Of a DNA stretch of 64,000 nucleotides, positions 9,510 through 19,276 are shown in pieces (position 1 is the stretch's first letter; each line of letters begins with the position of its first letter). Origin of the DNA: an uncultured Gemmatimonadales bacterium. GTDB lineage: Bacteria > Gemmatimonadota > Gemmatimonadetes > Longimicrobiales > RSA9. A model generated the notes under the pieces. The model saw nothing but the letters and a program-made list of their open reading frames with translations, was not told the origin of the DNA and did no database searches. Location: NCBI GenBank assembly GCA_963798085.1, contig CAWCRS010000004.1, positions 32,001 to 96,000 on the forward strand, written 5' to 3'. Position numbers and translations under genes: made by a program.

Positions 9510-11669
9510 TCAGTTTCCGTGTCCCAGCAGCGCGTACAGCCGTTCCAGCCGCTGCTTGACCAGCAACAGGATCTGCTCCGTGGAGAGCGTGTCCGCTCTC
9601 TCCGGCAGGGGCGGCAGTTCCACGCGCGTGTCGGCGTTCGCCGTGCCCCGGCGCGAACTCGTGGCGGACGGTCGCGGCGGCAGCGATGCCGTGGGTGGCG
9701 CGTCGCTCCCTCCGGTGGCAGTCGCCAAACTCTGTGTTTGGGGGCGCTCCGTCCGCGGCTGCGCCGCACCGCTGCTCGTGACTGCCGCCGCAGTCACGGC
9801 CACTACCGTGACCTGCGGAATCGGGCGACTGGATACCACACTGGCGAACGCCGCGCGCAGGCGAGCGTCGTCGGCCGCGGTGTATCCGGCGGCGCCGCGC
9901 TTCGCCCGCCCGCGCTCCGCGCCCTTGTCGGGGAAATGCCTGATGCGGTGATTGCCGTCGACGAAATCGTACTTGTCGCCCGATGTGTGGCCGGCGGCGA
10001 GCAGTCGCTCATCGGTGATGCGATGGCAGTTGCCGCAGGTGCGTGCGCGCACCTCGGCATCCTTCAGTGCCGTCATGCCCAGCTGCGGATTGCCGCCCTT
10101 CTCGTGCGGCTCGAGCCACTCCGAGCTGGGTCCGTGGCAGCGCTCGCAGCTGACACCGGTCAGCACTTCCGCATGCGGTGCATCACTGGTCGCCGTACCA
10201 TGACAGTTCATGCAGATCTGGTCGGCGCGCGTCATGCGGTCGGGCCCGATGCCGTACAGCGTGGCGATCTCGCGCGCCTTCGGCGCCTTGTTGAGCAGCG
10301 GGTCCGCCGAACCCTGATGCTTGTCACGCGCCCACCAGTCGTCGGCATCGCCATGACACTTGGCACAGTCCGGCAGTGTCGTGCGATAGCGGCTGTCGAC
10401 GGCGGGGAACCACTCGGGCCGCGTGCGGATGCTGCCCGGCAGGGCCGCGGCGCCCGGTGGGCGCGCTGTCGCGGCCGTGGCCGCAGCACCTGCCGCCCGC
10501 CCTGCGCCCGCACTGGCGGCGTTGGCGACATTGGCCGAATCTGCGTGCGCGGCGCCGCCGGCACCCGTGTCCGCAGCCGCGATCAATTCCGGCGGGGCAC
10601 CGCCCGCGATCAGCGCATCCAGTGCAGCGAGATCCGCACCATTGCTGGTGGTGGCGAAGTGCTCGCCGATCACGCGGATCTGATCGGCTGCGCTGCTCAG
10701 GCTGGCTTTGTTGTCCGGGGCCAGACGAAGCCTGGCGCCCAGCACGAGGATCTCACGCAACGCAGGCACGGCGGCCGTGCGCGCCACCTCATCCAGCTCG
10801 CGATAACTCTGCTGTACGCGGCGCAGCATCGACTTGGAGTAGCGGTCATCCGTCGTGGCGACAGCCAGGCCGCGCAGCGCGAACTCGTATGACAGAATCC
10901 GACCCACCGCGAACATGAGCCGTCTGCGCTCCGCCGTCGGCTCGCGATTCTCCGCCGCACCACCCCACTGCTGCTGCAGAAAGTTGTGCCGGATCCTGCC
11001 CACGTTCGCGAGCAGATCGAAACGCGCCGATCCGGTTGTGTGGCCGCCCTTGTTCACCAGTTCCTCGATGGGAACCGTGTGACACTCGAAGCAGTTCGCG
11101 GCTACGGCGTAGAGATCGCCTGAGGGGCGCAGCATACCGCCCTTGATGCTCTGCTCGATGCGCTGCCGGCGGTGTTCGGGCGCTTCGTCTTCCGGCTTCT
11201 TTATTCCTTCGCCCCACTTGTTGTGCACGTTCACCCAGTCTGCAGCCGGACCGTGGCAGGACTCGCAGGACACGCCGGCGATCGCAGTCAGCTCAGGCCC
11301 CACTGTGTAATGACAGCGCAGGCAGAGGCTCTCCTTGCGTTTGGTGACGACGAGGCCCATGCGCTGCAGGATGTCGTGCGCGCCATCCGACCGGTGCAGA
11401 CTGTCGAAGCCGGTCGCATGCTTCGTCATGCGCCAGACTTCGTATTCTGAGGAATGACATTCGCCGCACGGCGTGCGCGTATCGCGCGCCGACAGCACGA
11501 TCCTGGATGGATCGATGCGCAGGTATGGCGAATTCCGGTAATCCACCTGCTGCTGGGCGTGCAGCGGTGTTACGCGAAGCAGCAGAACGACGCAGCCGGC
11601 CAATACCCGACCCACCCGGCGGAAGCCGACACCACGGCAGCCACTAGGGAGCATTCCTGCAGACTGCAT
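9510..11669 (-). CDS. Exported octaheme c-type cytochrome made of two tandem tetraheme (c554/c552-4-like) units, 719 aa
   Basis: Signal peptide (..LLLRVTPLHA-QQ); 8 CxxCH; internal duplication GVSCESCHGPAADW / GVSCERCHGPSSEW; Ala-rich linkers. Confidence 0.88.
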   Translation of the reverse strand: MQSAGMLPSGCRGVGFRRVGRVLAGCVVLLLRVTPLHAQQQVDYRNSPYLRIDPSRIVLSARDTRTPCGECHSSEYEVWRMTKHATGFDSLHRSDGAHDILQRMGLVVTKRKESLCLRCHYTVGPELTAIAGVSCESCHGPAADWVNVHNKWGEGIKKPEDEAPEHRRQRIEQSIKGGMLRPSGDLYAVAANCFECHTVPIEELVNKGGHTTGSARFDLLANVGRIRHNFLQQQWGGAAENREPTAERRRLMFAVGRILSYEFALRGLAVATTDDRYSKSMLRRVQQSYRELDEVARTAAVPALREILVLGARLRLAPDNKASLSSAADQIRVIGEHFATTSNGADLAALDALIAGGAPPELIAAADTGAGGAAHADSANVANAASAGAGRAAGAAATAATARPPGAAALPGSIRTRPEWFPAVDSRYRTTLPDCAKCHGDADDWWARDKHQGSADPLLNKAPKAREIATLYGIGPDRMTRADQICMNCHGTATSDAPHAEVLTGVSCERCHGPSSEWLEPHEKGGNPQLGMTALKDAEVRARTCGNCHRITDERLLAAGHTSGDKYDFVDGNHRIRHFPDKGAERGRAKRGAAGYTAADDARLRAAFASVVSSRPIPQVTVVAVTAAAVTSSGAAQPRTERPQTQSLATATGGSDAPPTASLPPRPSATSSRRGTANADTRVELPPLPERADTLSTEQILLLVKQRLERLYALLGHGN

Positions 11670-11675
11670 CGCCTC

Positions 11676-13253
11676 TCAGAGATTCAGAGTCAGGTCGAAG
11701 CGCCCGAATACGCGCATGCCGTTGCTCACGAAGTCCCAGGCCGTCGACCCGTCCACGACGAACAGCACCCGGCGATGGAACGCCGCCTGGTAGCGTGCGC
11801 CCAGGCCGGCCAGATTGCTGCCGCTGTTCAGCTTCTTCATGCGCGCGCGGCCGCCCACCTCGAAAACCAGCTGCTGCCGCGTGTCATGCAGGAAGATCTG
11901 ATGGCCGAAGCTGCCGCCCAGCGCATTGTCCGCCTGGTTGCTGAGTCCTGCCCCCACGCGACCAATGCCGGGCGCGGCGAAGAGGATCCCCGTCTGACCC
12001 AGCGGGCCGCCCGACGACGGGCCGCGCGCGGCGGAGCGGAACCGGTCGATCCCCACGAACGTGTCGAAATACCAGAAGTTGTCACTGTGCCTGGACGTCC
12101 ACGAGAACTGGTCGTGCAGCAGAACGCCGCGCGTGTTGAACGCGGTTTCACCACCTATGGGGAACGAGCCCAGTACGCGGAAAACATTGTTGGCGCGGCC
12201 CCAGCGGCGGATGTCGCCGATGCCGGCGTAGATGCCATCGCCGGAGGACGTGCTGCCGTTCACGAACGCCGCATCCAGCTGCAGCGTAGTGGAACGCAGG
12301 TCCATTTCCGAGAACAGGCCGAACAGCGAAGCCGAGTCGTCGCGGATGTTCCCCTGCGCACTCTGCCGGTCGATCTGACCCCATGAGTAAACCGCTGTTA
12401 TACGCGTGTTGACCACCGAGCCGAGTTTCATGTTGGCGCGCGTCAGGCCCACCATGTCCAGCGCATTCTCATTCACCAGCAGACCATCCTGGAAGTCGAG
12501 CGGCTGACGGCCAACCGAGAAGTAAATGTCCCAGGATCCGCTGTCGTCGTTGTCGATGTTGGGGAACAGCTCACCGAAATCGCCCTCGAAGAACAGCGTG
12601 CGCACCACACCGTTCAGCTCCGAGTGGAACGATTCCTTTTCTCCCTTCGCGTTGAGCGGCGGATTCGTGAACGTGTAGCTGGTGAAGCGGCCGTCGCGGT
12701 CGAGCGGGCGCAGTCCCACCAGCACGCGCTCGGTCTGCGTCAGATAGAGATTGCCGAAGAGATCGAAGCGACCTGCCGCCTCGGCCAGATCCGTGCTGCC
12801 CGGATTCGTGTGTCCACCCTGCGCCGCCGTGCGTAGCGTGCCGAAAGCCAGAAACGCCGGCTGCCACACCGCGCCGCCGGGGAGCTTGATGCCCTTGTGC
12901 AGCGTTCCCGTCCCCAGGAATGGCTCGCCCAGCTCGATGAGCGCATGCGGCCGCTGGGCGATCTCCGCGAGAGGCAGGCACTTGTCCGACAGCCGGCTTT
13001 CACCGCCCTTCTCCTGCTCCTTCGCGCCCTCGCTGCATTCTTTCAGAAACCGGTCTTTCTCGCCCGGCTTCGCCTGCTGCTGTTGCGACTGTTGCGACTG
13101 TTGCTGCTGGGCGCCGAGCGGCAGGGCCGTGAACAGAAGCACGGCCGCGGCGGCGACAGTCGCCCGGCGCGTCCCGTGCATCGGCCAGCGTCGCGCGCCG
13201 CGGCGCAATGGCCGGCGCGCCCCCGGCATGAGGACCCCCAGCCGCGCGCTCAT
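11676..13253 (-). CDS. Putative outer-membrane beta-barrel protein (porin-like), ~525 aa
   Basis: Signal peptide (..LLFTALPLGA-QQ); alternating aromatic/Gly strands; C-terminal amphipathic strand RVFGRFDLTLNL; ATGA overlap with upstream gene. Confidence 0.65.
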   Translation of the reverse strand: MSARLGVLMPGARRPLRRGARRWPMHGTRRATVAAAAVLLFTALPLGAQQQQSQQSQQQQAKPGEKDRFLKECSEGAKEQEKGGESRLSDKCLPLAEIAQRPHALIELGEPFLGTGTLHKGIKLPGGAVWQPAFLAFGTLRTAAQGGHTNPGSTDLAEAAGRFDLFGNLYLTQTERVLVGLRPLDRDGRFTSYTFTNPPLNAKGEKESFHSELNGVVRTLFFEGDFGELFPNIDNDDSGSWDIYFSVGRQPLDFQDGLLVNENALDMVGLTRANMKLGSVVNTRITAVYSWGQIDRQSAQGNIRDDSASLFGLFSEMDLRSTTLQLDAAFVNGSTSSGDGIYAGIGDIRRWGRANNVFRVLGSFPIGGETAFNTRGVLLHDQFSWTSRHSDNFWYFDTFVGIDRFRSAARGPSSGGPLGQTGILFAAPGIGRVGAGLSNQADNALGGSFGHQIFLHDTRQQLVFEVGGRARMKKLNSGSNLAGLGARYQAAFHRRVLFVVDGSTAWDFVSNGMRVFGRFDLTLNL

Positions 13254-15080
13254 CGGGTGAGATCCACGGTGCGGTCCCACAGAACCTGCGCGCCGTTCAC
13301 CACGGCTGTGGCCACGGAGCGCGGGGACATGTAGTAGTCGAAACCGATGTCCTGGATTTCGCTGATCAGGTTCACCGGCACCATCTGCGCGATGAGCTGG
13401 ATGTGCGCGCGATACGGTCCGCGGCTGCTGCGCAGCGCCGCCGCGTCCACCTTGTATTCCGCCCAGTCGCTCTTCTCCGGCACAATGGTCATGCGGTGCT
13501 TGCGCGCGCCATCGGGCCGCGCCAGCAGTACCGTGGCGCGCGTGGATGGTCGCAGGAAAGGCAAGGGGCTGGGCGAGTAGTTCACCGCCAGCACCTGCTC
13601 GCGCTCGCCTCCGCGCAGCATGCGTGTCAGGAATTTCGACTGCAGACTGAACAGTGCCTTGTCGCGCGGCAGCTCGCCGTTGTGCACGTAGCGCGAGTGC
13701 GGATCACGCAGATCGCCGTTGGGATCGCGGTCACCCGACCGGAAGACCACCTTGCCATCGGCATCCAGCACGTCCACCTGCAGGAAGACGAGGCGTTCCG
13801 CATCGAAACCGGTGGGCACGTTGTGGCCGTTGGTGCCGTTCCTCACTTCCACCCTGAACTCCACGCCATTCTGCGCCCGCCCGGCCCACCTTCACATCGC
13901 CCAGGATGTAGCCGTTGCGCAGCAGCACCAGTCGCTGCTGTGCCGCCTTTGCCAGCAGCGTCTGATTCGCCTGGATGACTTCGCGCGCGTCAATGCGATC
14001 ATCGGCGGTGCGCCAGCGGTCGGGAAACGTGGTGCCCTGCGGAACGTGCTGCTCGAACGCGTCGGTTCCCCAGCCGGCGGCCGCGTCGAAGCTCAGCCAT
14101 TCCCGGATGGTGGCCAGCTCCGCGGCGCGCACGTTGTGGGGAAAGATGCCGGGGTGTATGACCGGATAGTCGGGCCCCACGAACATGTGGTTAGTGCGCC
14201 TGCGGATGCGCGTGGGCCGGCCACCCACGATCGCGGCCGCGGCGGAATCGTAGCCCGATACCTTGCCGGGCTCCTTCCCCATGTGACAGTCCTGGCAGGA
14301 TATCTTCTCGCCCGACGCCGGTGACGCCTTGTATTCGCTGAACGCTTCTTCCAGCCGGAACCCGTTCACCAGGTTGACATCATGGCAGGCGCCGCAGAAG
14401 CCGGAGGTACGGATCTGCGGCAGCACGCCGGCGTCGGCGTGAATGGCGCGGCCGGCCTGGCCGCGCTTCGCGTTCACACTGTACTGCGGATCGCCGATCA
14501 CGCGTTTCACCTCGGCGCCGCCCGTGGGGCCGTAGACGGGCGTGAAGATGTCGCCCTCGACGATGGCCAGCCGTCCGCTCGCCTTGCCGTTGGGCCGGTC
14601 CAGACGGTGACAGACGATGCACGTCACGCCTTCACGCGATGTCGGGTACCGGTCCATGTTCGTCATGAATTCGGGCTCGCGCAGGTTCATGCCGACCGGT
14701 GTGTGGCAGCGGATGCAGAAGTCGCCGTTCGTGCCGTTCGTCAGCTTCAGGATCTTGCCGTGCATGGCATTGAACACGGGACTCATCTGCGCGTAGGCGT
14801 GCTGCGAGACCGACCATTCGCGGTACTGATCGGGATGACAGTTGGCGCAGAGGTTGGCTGAGGGGAAGCGGTCTTCATCGTCGAACGCGCGAACGTGCGC
14901 CAGTGCGATCGCAGTGTCGCTCAGCTGGGCCGTCGGCGGGGCCGCGCCATTGGCCTGGGCAAGGAGCCGGCACGGGCGTGCGGCGAACAACGCCGCGGCA
15001 ACCACGAGCGTGCAAGCCCACCGAGCGCTCGCACCGCGACGGCCCGCTCCGGATACGTTCCGGGTACGCCTGATCCGCAT
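13250..15080 (-). CDS. Exported pentaheme c-type cytochrome with C-terminal Ig-like GHxxPTG domain, ~609 aa; split by a +1 frameshift near 13875 in this sequence
   Basis: ORF 13731-15080 has a signal peptide and 5 CxxCH; ORF 13250-13864 continues with 'VEFRVEVRNGTNGHNVPTG'. Removing one base near GGGCGGGCG joins the two. Confidence 0.8.
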
Positions 15081-15159
15081 GGCAGTATCTCAGCGTGAGG
15101 GAGGCCGGGTTTTCAGACTGTCGGCGCAGGCGATGCGCCTTGCAGCAACGCTCGCCGGC

Positions 15160-16296
15160 TCATTGCGTACCGCCGAAGCGAACTGTGGCGGATGCTTCAA
15201 TGCCGGTGAAAGCGCTCTCCACACCTTCTGTCGCGATGACTTTTCCGAAGCGCGCGCGCAGGGTTGGCAGCAGCGTCAGATTGCGTGCGTGCGCTTCCGC
15301 TCCCAGGCCCACTCCCAGCGCGTAACCCTGCCCCTGTCCGTCGGCACTCCGGAACACGCGTGCGTCGACACCAGGGAGCAGCGCGCCCGAGCCTGCGGGA
15401 AGACGCAGCGCACTGCCCGTCAGAATCAGATCCTGCGCCGGCGAGTCGCTGCCGCTGCCGAAGAGCGATGGGTCGAGGAACGTTCCGCGCTGGCGTCGCA
15501 GCCAGCCGCCATACAGCACGGCGCTGGCCCTCGCCGTAGCCGCGAACGCGTAGCTGAGCATGGCCTGCAGACGGTTGCCCGAGCGGTAAAGGTTCTGCCC
15601 GCTCAGCTGATCGTTCCCGTACCGCTGCAGACCTAACTGCAGAGTAGCCTTGCCCGACTCGCCAATGCTTCGATCGAGCGCGAGCCTGGCCTGGAAGCGG
15701 TTGCCCGGCAGATAGGCGCGCTGGTCCTCCGCAAGCGGCTCGAACTCGCGACCCAGCCCGTAGCCCAGACTCAGGCCCACACCGGTGCCGTTCACTGTCG
15801 TGAGCGCCGTGCCTTCCAGCGCGACGCCGCCACCCGAGCCCCAGTTCGAGATGCGGAAGGGCAGCAGGTCCGCGGCGATGGCGCCTGCCACCTCCGCTTC
15901 TTCCAGCGACTGTGTGGCGCTGCCAGTGGGCGCGGACCAGGTGGCCGCGATCAGGAAGCGGTCCTGTGCGACGGACAGCACGGCGCGCACGTCCGTGTCG
16001 GTGAGGCCGGACAGTTTCGCCTGCGAGCCATCGGGCCGGCTCAGCGTTCCCGAAGCATACGCCCCGGTCACCTCCAGGCTGAGCGTGCGCAGCAGCGCCA
16101 CCCGCCCGCCGAAGGGCAGGGTCATGAGCGACAGCGCTTCCAGGCCGGCTGCGGCCGCCGTGGCGAAGCTGTAGTGTTCGAAGGATGCGCCCGCGCCCAC
16201 CGTGGCGCGCTGCCCAAACACAGCGTTAGAGGCCGCCAGCAGCAGGCCCAGGGCGGCGCCCAGCGGGCGCGCACACACGATCCGAGATCGCCTCAT
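15160..16296 (-). CDS. Putative outer-membrane beta-barrel protein, 378 aa
   Basis: Signal peptide; strand-like alternating pattern throughout; ends GIEASATVRF. Confidence 0.6.
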   Translation of the reverse strand: MRRSRIVCARPLGAALGLLLAASNAVFGQRATVGAGASFEHYSFATAAAAGLEALSLMTLPFGGRVALLRTLSLEVTGAYASGTLSRPDGSQAKLSGLTDTDVRAVLSVAQDRFLIAATWSAPTGSATQSLEEAEVAGAIAADLLPFRISNWGSGGGVALEGTALTTVNGTGVGLSLGYGLGREFEPLAEDQRAYLPGNRFQARLALDRSIGESGKATLQLGLQRYGNDQLSGQNLYRSGNRLQAMLSYAFAATARASAVLYGGWLRRQRGTFLDPSLFGSGSDSPAQDLILTGSALRLPAGSGALLPGVDARVFRSADGQGQGYALGVGLGAEAHARNLTLLPTLRARFGKVIATEGVESAFTGIEASATVRFGGTQ

Positions 16297-16304
16297 GCGC
16301 CCCC

Positions 16305-17600
16305 TCAGTTCCGGCGGATGATGATTTCCAGGACAGTGCTCTTGCCAATGCCTTCAGTGCCCAGCACTTCGGGCGCGGCATCACGGCCGTTGGCGCCGGG
16401 CACCAGCGCCTGCAGGACCGCCAGCGACGCGGCCGGGCCCGCGGCGCTGGCCGCAGCACGTTGTCCCAGCTGGTCCGTAGTAGTGGCCTGCGCGCTCGCG
16501 GCGCGCGTGGCCACATCCGCGTTGCGGCGGGCCGCGGCGAAGCCACGATCCAGGCTGGCCGCGCGCTGGAACTGCTGCGCCGCTGCGCCGTAGTCTGCGC
16601 GGTCCTGCGCCTCCAGACCCCGACCGAACGCGAGCACGGCCTGCAGGTTCTGTGTGGGCCGCTGATTCACACGCTCCCGCTCCGCCACCGTCAGCTCGAT
16701 GCCCAGCGAGCCGTAGATGTCGAGCGCCAGCCGCTTCTCCAGATCGAACAGCCTGTTGAGCGCGTCCTGCTGCTGCACCGTGCGCGCTGCCGCGCCTGCA
16801 TTGGCCGCGTCCACTACCGCCGCCTGCAGCTGCAGCTGGGACTGATCGCCCGCGATGCGGCCCTGCACGATGCGCCCGGCGCCCAGCAGCCGACCGCTCC
16901 TCGCCGCTGTCGCCGGATCCACCAGACCGGTCCGGTCCAGCTTCAGCTCGTCCAGCAGGAATTGCACGCGCGAACGTTCCAGCACGGTGAGCCGCTGCGT
17001 CTGCGAGAGGTCCGTCACCAGCATCTCCGCGAGTGCGCGGCTGAGCGGTTCCAGCTCGGCATTCCCACCGTTGTAGAGGAACGGGAAAATGGCCACCGAC
17101 GCAGGCGCCAGCCGGCTCGTGCCCAGCTCCGCTTCGCGCGCCAGCGCATCGCGCACCGCCGCCTCCAGCTCCTTGCGCTCGATCAGCGGCATGCGTGCCT
17201 GGACCTCGTTCTTCAGGCCCTTCGACTTCTCGTCCTGCAAGTAGCGCGTGTACAGCTGCCTTGCCTGCGCGTACCGACCCAGGTCCTCGTACGTCAGCCC
17301 GAGGAAAAGGACGCCCTGCGAGTTCTGCATGCGCAGCGCGACCGCCCGCTCCAGCACCTGCCTGGCCTGGTCCGTGCGCTTCAGCCGGCGATACACCTGA
17401 CCCAGCTGCAGCAGAGCGTCGAAGTCCGTCGAGTCCTTCGCCACACTCGCCTCGAGCGCACGCACCGCGCCGGGTGATGGCGCCGCCGTCGTCTGCACCG
17501 CGGGCGCGCAACCCGCCAGCAGCGCCGGCAGTACCAGCGCGAGCGGCATGCCGCGGCCGGGCGAGAAGTTCCGGCGCAAGCGGGTTCCCAGCGGCTCCAT
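16305..17600 (-). CDS. TPR + CsgG/FlgO-like lipoprotein, ~431 aa
   Basis: AGGAGG RBS before ATG 17600; lipobox LLAG-C; TPRs (DALLQLGQVY.., LFLGLTYEDLGRY); 'VAIFPF...LAEMLVTDL...LTVLER...AARSGRLLGAGRIVQG' CsgG/FlgO/TolB-N-type signature. Confidence 0.8.
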   Translation of the reverse strand: MEPLGTRLRRNFSPGRGMPLALVLPALLAGCAPAVQTTAAPSPGAVRALEASVAKDSTDFDALLQLGQVYRRLKRTDQARQVLERAVALRMQNSQGVLFLGLTYEDLGRYAQARQLYTRYLQDEKSKGLKNEVQARMPLIERKELEAAVRDALAREAELGTSRLAPASVAIFPFLYNGGNAELEPLSRALAEMLVTDLSQTQRLTVLERSRVQFLLDELKLDRTGLVDPATAARSGRLLGAGRIVQGRIAGDQSQLQLQAAVVDAANAGAAARTVQQQDALNRLFDLEKRLALDIYGSLGIELTVAERERVNQRPTQNLQAVLAFGRGLEAQDRADYGAAAQQFQRAASLDRGFAAARRNADVATRAASAQATTTDQLGQRAAASAAGPAASLAVLQALVPGANGRDAAPEVLGTEGIGKSTVLEIIIRRN

Positions 17601-17680
17601 GGAACCTCCTTCGAAGCCAGGCGGAGGAGAAAAAGCCTCGTTTGCGCGAAGCCGAAGATCCATGAGGTAGCGACCGCTCC

Positions 17681-17710
17681 AAAATGCCGCGCCGCCTCAC
17701 CCAGCGTCAA
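17681..17710 (-). promoter_or_regulatory. Candidate sigma70 promoter for the lipoprotein/cytochrome operon
   Basis: Minus strand TTGACG (17710-17705), 18 nt spacer, CATTTT (17686-17681), about 80 nt upstream of ATG 17600. The -10 is weak. Confidence 0.3.
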
Positions 17711-17930
17711 TCGCGGTGCAACCTGTCGCGCGAAATCGGTCGGCTCGAAATCCGGAATCGCGCCTTCGATTTCTACGTGAGCACATTTCTTCCATTCAAG
17801 CAGGATCGGGTTCCGCGAGTTGCGAAGCAGTGTGAGACGTGCGCCTTGCCGTTGACTGCCTTCCTGGTCAGTGGCGCAAAATGTCATGACAAGTGGCCGT
17901 GCCGCAGACGCACGGGCCCGCCGTCAAGAA

Positions 17931-19268
17931 CTACCGAAGCGTGTCCAGGAGTCGCGCCGCTTGCGTGGCCGGCGATGTCATGAGGATCTGCCCGGTCGCC
18001 TCCCGCCTCCCACCATAGATGATCGCCAACACCTCGCCGTTCTCGTCGAAAAGCGGACTGCCGCTGGCGCCGGCCGCACCGTAGCCCTGCACTTCGATGT
18101 GGTCGCTGGCCACGTGGTTGACCACGCCCACCGAGCCGAGCGGCCGGGCCAGCCGCCCGGTACGCACGTCCTGCGGCCAGGTCTCGCCACCCAGCGGGAA
18201 CCCGATCCAGGCGACGGGCGCGCCCGCACGCACCGTGTCCGCGTGCAGATTCAGGCCGCGCACCACGGGCACATCACCTTCGATGTTGTCCACCTTGATA
18301 ACAGCGATGTCAGCAAAGTCGGCAATGGCCAGCACGTGCGCCGGGAAGACCTGATTGGAGCCGGCGAACTGTACGGCCATGCGCTTCGGCGGCTGCAGGT
18401 CGTCACTCTGCACGATGTGCCTGCAGGTGATCAGCGTGGCATCCGGGCGCACGGCGAATGCGGTGCCCGTCACCACCACGCCGCCGGCCGTTTCCACGTA
18501 GATCACGGCCACCGCCGGCCGCGAGACCCGCTCGATGGACGCGTAATCGATGGAAGCCGCGAGCTGCTGCCGTTCCAGCGCCGCGAGCGCAGACTGGAGT
18601 TGTCGCTTGAGATCCTTTTCCTGGGAACGGTCACCCTGCGACGTGGCGCGCTGCAGGCCGTCACGCGCGGCACGCACTTCGGCCTGCGTCCGCTGCAGCG
18701 CCTGCGCCAGTTCCTCGCGCTGTCCGGCCAGCGCGCGCACCGCCGTGTCACCCGTGGCCAGCACGCGGTCAATGCGCGCCAGCAGCTGCGAACGCTCGGC
18801 CTGCTGCCGCTGCTGCTGCACGCGCGACGCGTAGGCCATCGCCGCGAGCATCACCAGCAGCGCGCCAATGATGATTTTCAGGCGACGATTCTGGGCAACG
18901 ATCGGGTCCCGACCTGCGGGCGTTACGGCAGCTTCACCCGACACGGGAACCGCGATGTCTTCGGCGCCCGGGATGCGGAACTCGACCTCGGGGCCATCCC
19001 AGCCGAAGCGGATGCGGTCGCCGTGGCGCAGTGCCTTGAGCGCGACACGCTCGCCATTGACGAACGTGCCGTTGCGGCTGCCGGCATCGCGCACGAACCA
19101 GCGCAAGCCATCGTAGCCCACGGTGGCGTGCTGCGCCGAGACATCCGTGTCGCGTTGTGGATCGAAGCGCAGGTCGACGCCGGCCTGGCGCCCGATCGTG
19201 ATCTCGCGCGTGATGGGAAACACCTCACCCGTACGCGCGCCGCGCAGGATACGCAGTTCGGCAGTCAA
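17931..19268 (-). CDS. FHA domain - TM - coiled coil - trypsin-like serine protease, 445 aa
   Basis: FHA IGRQ..VSAQHA..AGSRNGTFV; TM IIIGALLVMLAAMAY; catalytic triad TCRH / ADIAV / GASGSP. Confidence 0.88.
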   Translation of the reverse strand: MTAELRILRGARTGEVFPITREITIGRQAGVDLRFDPQRDTDVSAQHATVGYDGLRWFVRDAGSRNGTFVNGERVALKALRHGDRIRFGWDGPEVEFRIPGAEDIAVPVSGEAAVTPAGRDPIVAQNRRLKIIIGALLVMLAAMAYASRVQQQRQQAERSQLLARIDRVLATGDTAVRALAGQREELAQALQRTQAEVRAARDGLQRATSQGDRSQEKDLKRQLQSALAALERQQLAASIDYASIERVSRPAVAVIYVETAGGVVVTGTAFAVRPDATLITCRHIVQSDDLQPPKRMAVQFAGSNQVFPAHVLAIADFADIAVIKVDNIEGDVPVVRGLNLHADTVRAGAPVAWIGFPLGGETWPQDVRTGRLARPLGSVGVVNHVASDHIEVQGYGAAGASGSPLFDENGEVLAIIYGGRREATGQILMTSPATQAARLLDTLR

Positions 19269-19276
19269 GGAGCGCG

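Noticed and set aside
7847..9769. Extended N-termini given by the ORF track (also starts at 4645, 5469, 17663, 32294, 40734, 48445, 52877, 54403, 58874)
   Set aside because: Most overlap neighbouring genes; downstream starts with an RBS or stop/start overlap fit better.
5400..15080. Calling the cytochrome cluster Nrf, Mtr, Act or Hao
   Set aside because: No CxxCK (NrfA), no NrfD-sized membrane subunit, no molybdopterin subunit, and heme spacing and domain context do not match what I know of MtrA or Hao.
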